This document shows, piece after piece, positions 59,901 through 64,000 of a stretch of DNA of 64,000 nt. Source of the DNA: Candidatus Thorarchaeota archaeon (GTDB lineage: Archaea > Asgardarchaeota > Thorarchaeia > Thorarchaeales > Thorarchaeaceae); assembly GCA_029855935.1 (NCBI GenBank), contig JAGSHN010000005.1, positions 32,001-96,000 of the forward strand. The letters are read 5' to 3'. The number at the start of each line of letters is the position of its first letter. Positions within the stretch are counted from its first letter, which is position 1. Below the pieces are notes generated by a model that had not been told where the DNA came from, ran no database searches, and worked only from the letters and a program-made list of their open reading frames with translations. Both the position numbers and the translations under genes were made by a program.

Positions 59901-60441
59901 ACAAGCGCCAGATCTTCGATCGTATTTGCCGAGGCTCTCTATCGTTGCCCTCATGATGGATTACCATGAACTTGGAATGGAACAGGGCAACTTCGGGATT
60001 GGGCCAAGTGCCATGTCTTTGATAATAGTCTATGTTAGCCCTTGGCGTTACCAGTCTAACCTGCATGGCATGTTGATTGAACATCTCCCGGAGTACTGAT
60101 AGAATGTCACCGCTCTCTTGACCAAGAAGAGTCAAGAGTTCTTCTGTATATCCTCTCAGAGCCTCTGCGACTGCTCTCTTTACAGCATCTGTGACTGTGA
60201 GGCCGGGCCGGAGAGCAGGTACAACGGCCTTTGACTGGTGAAAGCCAACAATCAATCTTACGAAGCCACCTCGTTTCCAAATCGCAGCCAGCTCCCGGAG
60301 CAAAATGAGAAGCGAGTAGGGATCATAGAATGATGTGACACGGTCGTACTGATAACCTTCCCGCAAAAGAGGCCCGATCATTCTCCTATAGATCTCTTCT
60401 CCACGTCCACTAATGGCCCGATACGGGGGACCTGATGTCAT
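56929..60441 (-). CDS. PLD-like nuclease fused to an SNF2/RapA-type helicase
   Basis: N-terminal YDRVTSFY...FHSKF...TGSVNES...NIE. Helicase LADEVGLGKTIEAG, VVDEAHH, LLTATP, ASEGLNL, DVPWNP...QRFGRVDRLGQ. Start taken at ATG 60441. Confidence 0.85.
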   Translation of the reverse strand: MTSGPPYRAISGRGEEIYRRMIGPLLREGYQYDRVTSFYDPYSLLILLRELAAIWKRGGFVRLIVGFHQSKAVVPALRPGLTVTDAVKRAVAEALRGYTEELLTLLGQESGDILSVLREMFNQHAMQVRLVTPRANIDYYQRHGTWPNPEVALFHSKFMVIHHEGNDREPRQIRSKIWRLFSWAGRRYYQSLSLRRRQGLRYSVITGSVNESVRGLTKNIEDAVLHRSWIPHEREVSEYFLKRFEEMWNCVSSDVETMPFTDEFCAVVDEYNHALTSRKNRVGSTATQMVEHAPIEARTDSNEGQDWISWASFADAVSRSPLYCALAFPYVGLLPHQIHAYVQALSRWPIRILLADEVGLGKTIEAGSIIHYLLRFGGVRRVLILTPASLMKQWQQELKKLFGLNFWVYDSRTQTCQTDLDSIQVGRKPFRCDNGINLLIMSWHWLRGDSRSNPQLDLEDMPDLLVVDEAHHARIHDDTSDGRSTRLYKLLKDMQRHIPHILLLTATPYQTNIMDYYSLLDILGVPEGFKEALDYYSRWFRGEIPHGVLSTVVTHLRYIHQFAQEYELGERHGLVGPLECFSTEKCDKDTKFYETIARQVRPLPEEVVIATHPATFLAVRSERITLSSIGYRFPTPHLYSPRINVTKEQEEFLQELEDFVSRHLAYAESYYGNRTGLVRSLYRQRIVSSIRAAVDTLRRRKEYLQSIVDRGCFSPLTGNDQRENELDSDLEYDMDASNGELSNVSVQRAKTEFYAVQRILDLIERAFQSGGQLVDPKMTGLRQILSDHVSRGRKVLVFSRYTSTTDAIIEMLGVLVDTFGVGRYDGECVGTYAWDGTRPILHECSPKDIVSLLKRGSIRVLVCSDAASEGLNLHYANEVVNVDVPWNPAMLFQRFGRVDRLGQRAKDVYLINLYYPNSIEERMYRVLEDRRTDFRAVVGQVPEILTDQQKRVISSLADGRVPIVNLTLEEIERARAEYRKNQILHADSKDVQTIIDKSPYAHLIRVIERAAVQSGLAVRSESKSTVEIEGERVSVDPVDDDFVSIGNPLLKKLEAAHTASNRTLPVRLLEDETGTPIALLIEDHSHVYPVTTRDWGKIFEFFFEDHPLDLASLRRFSKNKLAEILLYLRREESWIWPDHQRMRCFALARPEIPHISGVRVGENLGYISVR

Positions 60442-60460
60442 CGGATGTAGACCCCCAGCT

Positions 60461-61159
60461 CTATACATCTTCGAGTAGGTCAAAATGTCTGTATTCGTCA
60501 AGGAAATCTTTGACTATCGCAACCGCTTCGGGGTATTCTTTCTGTAACGCAGGTGAGGTAAACACGCCAAGGCCGAGTTCAAAGTCGTGAATTATTGCAC
60601 GTTCCAACCACATCAGTTGGGACTCCGAAGCATCATGCCTCTTTATGGTCATTAGCAGTGATCGAAAACGCTTCGTAATGGTGCCATTGACAATATCCTT
60701 GTCCTTGAGTAACGAACTTACAGCGGCCCAGTATTCCCTGTCGATCCGATCATATAGGTCACGGATGCGTAATCTCCAGTTACCATTCTCTACAAAATCA
60801 ATGATATTGGAGAGAGGTCGTTCCCCCTTCAACAAGTCATCAAGATGCTCGTAGACAACGGTGCGAACCACCGGATGCAGCAACATTAGTGTTCGAATAA
60901 CTCCCGTGTCCAGGTTCTTTTCAAGCAAGATTCGTCGCTCATCATCACTACACTTACGCAATTCGAAATACATCCGAACAATCTGGGGCGGTACGGCAAA
61001 CGCTTGCGACAGAAAGTGTTCATTTGGCAGCCCGCCATGGGAGGTGTGAAGGTCATATCCCATCTCAATGACCCGATCTTCAAACGTGTGCAGCCGTTCC
61101 AGTATGGACTTGCTGTCATCCATCAGACCGTAGGGATCCCGAATGTGGTCAGTCGTCAA
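60461..61159 (-). CDS. Hypothetical protein (middle gene of the accessory operon)
   Basis: Open frame between the ATPase and helicase. TTG at 61159 follows GGTGAGG and overlaps the upstream gene end. Confidence 0.7.
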   Translation of the reverse strand: MTTDHIRDPYGLMDDSKSILERLHTFEDRVIEMGYDLHTSHGGLPNEHFLSQAFAVPPQIVRMYFELRKCSDDERRILLEKNLDTGVIRTLMLLHPVVRTVVYEHLDDLLKGERPLSNIIDFVENGNWRLRIRDLYDRIDREYWAAVSSLLKDKDIVNGTITKRFRSLLMTIKRHDASESQLMWLERAIIHDFELGLGVFTSPALQKEYPEAVAIVKDFLDEYRHFDLLEDV

Positions 61160-62768
61160 CCTCACCCCCATAAAGGGTTGCGTGCCACTTATTACGCAGC
61201 GACAAGGCATAGTTGGGATCCACTGCCATCTCATTTACTAGACAGAAATATAGTGAGTCAACAATCGCCCAATTTACGATAAGACACGATATTTTCTCAT
61301 CACCTTCACGGACTGCCCATTGCCAAAGCGCGGAGGCCGTATTCACAAAGACACACATTTCGTCGGACTCCGGCCTATAGCTGTATTCCCAGAACAATGA
61401 GGGGTCATCGTATTGCGTCTGGGCTACTGAAATCAGCAGCCGACGACTATCGTCAATCGGGACACAGTTCGTAGTGTCAACATCTCCACCCGCCGCAGTT
61501 TCAGAAAAGTCCTGAGAGAGTAAGGATACGGCTTGTTTCGCGGCGCGCCTGAGACCTTGAATGATCTTGCGTGACTTTGCCCCTCCGTCGGTCGATGCAC
61601 GATACTCCTTTGACGCTTTCAACATCCGCTCAAGGATTGGCTGTAGTGCTCTCTGTGCGTCCTTCCACGACTGCAGCTCCGTATTCCATCCGACCTTCGT
61701 AAAATTAGGATCACACATGTCGAGGTGTACCTCGCCGTGTAATCGGGCATATGTTGGATGTGGTCTCTTTGGCAGTAGCCCGTTCTCATCAGGACCAGCC
61801 TTGTGAAATGCTTCGACCAATTGCCCCTTGCGAAATGTGTGGATACCCCAGAGACCAGAACCCGAGGCACTCGTCTGACGAAGAGCCAGCCAGCCCCTTA
61901 TTTTCATAGGTTCTCCTCGCTGTCCGCCCCCATAGTCTGGACGGGCCACTAGGTCCAGTTTGTCGAGAATGACCTTTGTTCCCGGTACAATAGGAATTTC
62001 GTCTGGCTCACAAGGAGCTAGTTCCCGCTCATTTCCTGAACTGTTATCAACAATAATTATCTTGATGTTATGATACTTGATCTCAGGCGAGAAATTTCGG
62101 CCGAGTTCTTCTCTCCATATCTCAGGCCTATGATGACGCTTGTGAAGATGCTCAATACGGATGTACGTACCGCTCTCTAGGCTGCCAAGAGGTCCACCAA
62201 GATCCGGTTCCTCGGAAACGCGGCCAATGATGCTGCCTAACTTCAAATGTCCGTTCTCGATTTCGTGGGTATCAATCTCTATCGAACTCTCCGTTCCATC
62301 TATAAGCGATCTAGTGCGGATCGCAAATTTCCAGCCAAGACCAAGAATCCCAACTTTCATACCCATTCCGTACATTCCCTTTCGGGACCGGAGGGGTATC
62401 CTCCGCTCATCAGAGGCGCCCCTAAGACGGAGAGCCATCTCCAGCTCGTCCAGTGTCATACCGATACCATTGTCCCAAACCTCAATGCTGTCGCCGTTAT
62501 ACCGTATCTTGATGACAGTTTCGGCGGGGCCAGCATCAATCACTCTGCGATATCGCCTGACGAATTCTTTGACATCAGGAACACCACGTTCCATATCCTC
62601 TTTGATGCGCAGGATCTCGTCTGCGCTGGGCCTTCGCCAGTCCAAAGCGTTTGCTACAAGCTCGGACAGGCATTGCACCACGCCAATATTTAGGGCTCCA
62701 ACTCCACGAGGTGTGAAGATCCTATCATCGGCCGTGATGTCGAGCTCCCGTTCTTTGAACCCCACCAT
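61149..62768 (-). CDS. MORC/MutL-like GHKL ATPase (HATPase plus S5 fold)
   Basis: N box ELVANALD, G1 WDNGIGM, G2 KGMYGMGMK, SGTYIRI; S5-like IRGWLAL...GIHTFRKGQLV...RLHGEVHLD. Confidence 0.85.
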   Translation of the reverse strand: MVGFKERELDITADDRIFTPRGVGALNIGVVQCLSELVANALDWRRPSADEILRIKEDMERGVPDVKEFVRRYRRVIDAGPAETVIKIRYNGDSIEVWDNGIGMTLDELEMALRLRGASDERRIPLRSRKGMYGMGMKVGILGLGWKFAIRTRSLIDGTESSIEIDTHEIENGHLKLGSIIGRVSEEPDLGGPLGSLESGTYIRIEHLHKRHHRPEIWREELGRNFSPEIKYHNIKIIIVDNSSGNERELAPCEPDEIPIVPGTKVILDKLDLVARPDYGGGQRGEPMKIRGWLALRQTSASGSGLWGIHTFRKGQLVEAFHKAGPDENGLLPKRPHPTYARLHGEVHLDMCDPNFTKVGWNTELQSWKDAQRALQPILERMLKASKEYRASTDGGAKSRKIIQGLRRAAKQAVSLLSQDFSETAAGGDVDTTNCVPIDDSRRLLISVAQTQYDDPSLFWEYSYRPESDEMCVFVNTASALWQWAVREGDEKISCLIVNWAIVDSLYFCLVNEMAVDPNYALSLRNKWHATLYGGEVDD

Positions 62769-63050
62769 CTGAAACCAACCAGTTAGTTACAATTGTCTAT
62801 ACATATCTTTCTTCGACATACTTGGTACTCTGGCTTCTCCAGGCCAACACGGACTGAACGGAAACTTTGCATCATCATTCGAAGAGTGATCGTGCCGCAT
62901 TGGCAGTCAAATGTAGGAGAGTTAGGTGCCTCACTCAACGACCCACTCAACCCCTACCCTAGTTTGTGGGCCTCATGGGACCATTGGGATTGTGTTTGAA
63001 GCACTACTTGGAATTTTAGGGTCAGAAACTCGCCCAAGCCTCTATGGATC

Positions 63051-63440
63051 CTAGCTAGGGTCCTCAACCTCAACCTCGATGTCACGTATGAAGAACTCCT
63101 TACCTCCAATGATCTCTGTGGCACTGCTCCCACAACGCGGGCATTTCATTGGGGCAAAGACGGCGAGTTCAGGAGGTAGGCTCGAATCAGACTGGCTCTC
63201 ACCCTCGAACCCGCAATCCTCGCATTTCAGGCGACCAGGTACAGGAACTATGTTCAATTCAGCGCCCTCAAGGAGCGTATTCTGAGATGCGATTTCGAAG
63301 TTGAATTTCAGCTGTTCGTGAACAAGGAATGTAAACTCCCCCACCTCAACATTGACACGATTGACCCGTCTTACAGGATGCTCCTGTAGTGCACTGAGTG
63401 CTAGCTCTACCAAGGACATTACTGCCGCAAGCTCGTGCAT
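63051..63440 (-). CDS. hypA: Hydrogenase nickel chaperone HypA
   Basis: MHELA, CEDCG, CPRCG, GKEFFI. Confidence 0.95.
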   Translation of the reverse strand: MHELAAVMSLVELALSALQEHPVRRVNRVNVEVGEFTFLVHEQLKFNFEIASQNTLLEGAELNIVPVPGRLKCEDCGFEGESQSDSSLPPELAVFAPMKCPRCGSSATEIIGGKEFFIRDIEVEVEDPS

Positions 63441-63560
63441 TTTGACATCGAAAAGAGTACAAAAGATATTGCATATGCAACTTGCGATATGAGCTAAGCG
63501 TATCGGTGACTGGAAAGAGTGGACTTATCAGGATAGATCTGCAAAGTTAGATCGAGTTGC

Positions 63561-64000
63561 ATGAGAGGTCCTGTACCGCGTCCCATCGTCAAATGGGCTG
63601 GAGGCAAGGCTCAGCTACTTCAGGAGCTGGAGGATAACCTTCCAGCCTCATTCGGTACGTACTATGAGCCTTTCTTTGGTGGGGGCGCACTCTTCTTTCA
63701 TCTCTCAGCCAAAGGAGTAGTGAGGCGGGCAATCCTTTCAGACCTTAATAGAGATCTTATGAATCTCTACACGGTGGTAAGAGATAATGTAGGGGACCTG
63801 ATTACAGAACTGGCATCAGGGAAGTACAAGAACGAGAGAGATGTCTACTACAAGATCAGAGGAGAGGAGCCAACAGACCCCATCAAGAGAGCTGCAAGAT
63901 TCATCTACTTGAACAAGACCTGCTACAACGGACTGTACCGTGTCAATGCTGCAGGGAAGTTCAATGTCCCGTTTGGCAGATATCGAAATCCCAAGATCCT
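63561..64000 (+). CDS. dam: Dam-family DNA adenine methyltransferase (truncated by the window end; not in the ORF track)
   Basis: Manual translation: RPIVKWAGGKAQL...YYEPFFGGGALFF...SDLN..L.N.Y...AARFIYLNKTCYNGLYRVN..GKFNVPFGRY. Confidence 0.92.
   Translation, partial: MRGPVPRPIVKWAGGKAQLLQELEDNLPASFGTYYEPFFGGGALFFHLSAKGVVRRAILSDLNRDLMNLYTVVRDNVGDLITELASGKYKNERDVYYKIRGEEPTDPIKRAARFIYLNKTCYNGLYRVNAAGKFNVPFGRYRNPKI

Larger units (their letters stand above)
56670..63050. other. Putative horizontally acquired accessory (defence) island between rps8e and hypA
   Basis: Three co-transcribed non-core genes; visibly more AT-rich than the flanks (judged by eye). No integrase or att repeats seen. Confidence 0.55.

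Noticed and set aside
56670-63050. Integrative element or att sites around the island
   Set aside because: No integrase, transposase, tRNA target or clear direct/inverted terminal repeat found by eye.
1-64000. tRNA/rRNA genes, CRISPR arrays, inteins and selenoprotein UGA readthrough
   Set aside because: None recognised. Typical intein hosts (atpA, cdc48, top6B) are normal length, and no gene needed an in-frame TGA to be complete.

Overview
Gene-dense archaeal chromosome segment of about 60 genes, almost all housekeeping: translation and ribosome biogenesis, Topo VI, FEN1, RPA, Hef, Cdc48, A/V-ATPase F/A/B, SRP54, SMC-ScpAB and hydrogenase maturation. A ribophorin-I-like protein, four roadblock/LC7 proteins with an MglA-like GTPase, and an RPA32-like protein suggest an Asgard archaeon (inference; Thorarchaeia-like is plausible but not provable here). 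Three regions stand out. (1) 903-5078: a secreted, membrane-anchored fusion of DOMON (with an inserted FKBP isomerase), Ig-like and ribophorin I domains, head-to-head with an Alg7/AglH-type GlcNAc-1-P transferase. (2) 47447-50069: a roadblock x4 plus MglA-GTPase cluster containing a dynein-LC7-like protein and a foldable intergenic element, next to smc-scpA-scpB. (3) About 56700-63000: an accessory three-gene operon (MORC-type GHKL ATPase, unknown protein, PLD-nuclease/SNF2 helicase fusion) near a Dam-type methylase, a candidate undescribed defence system. I recognised no tRNA, rRNA, CRISPR array or transposase. All calls come from reading motifs by eye, with no database searches.
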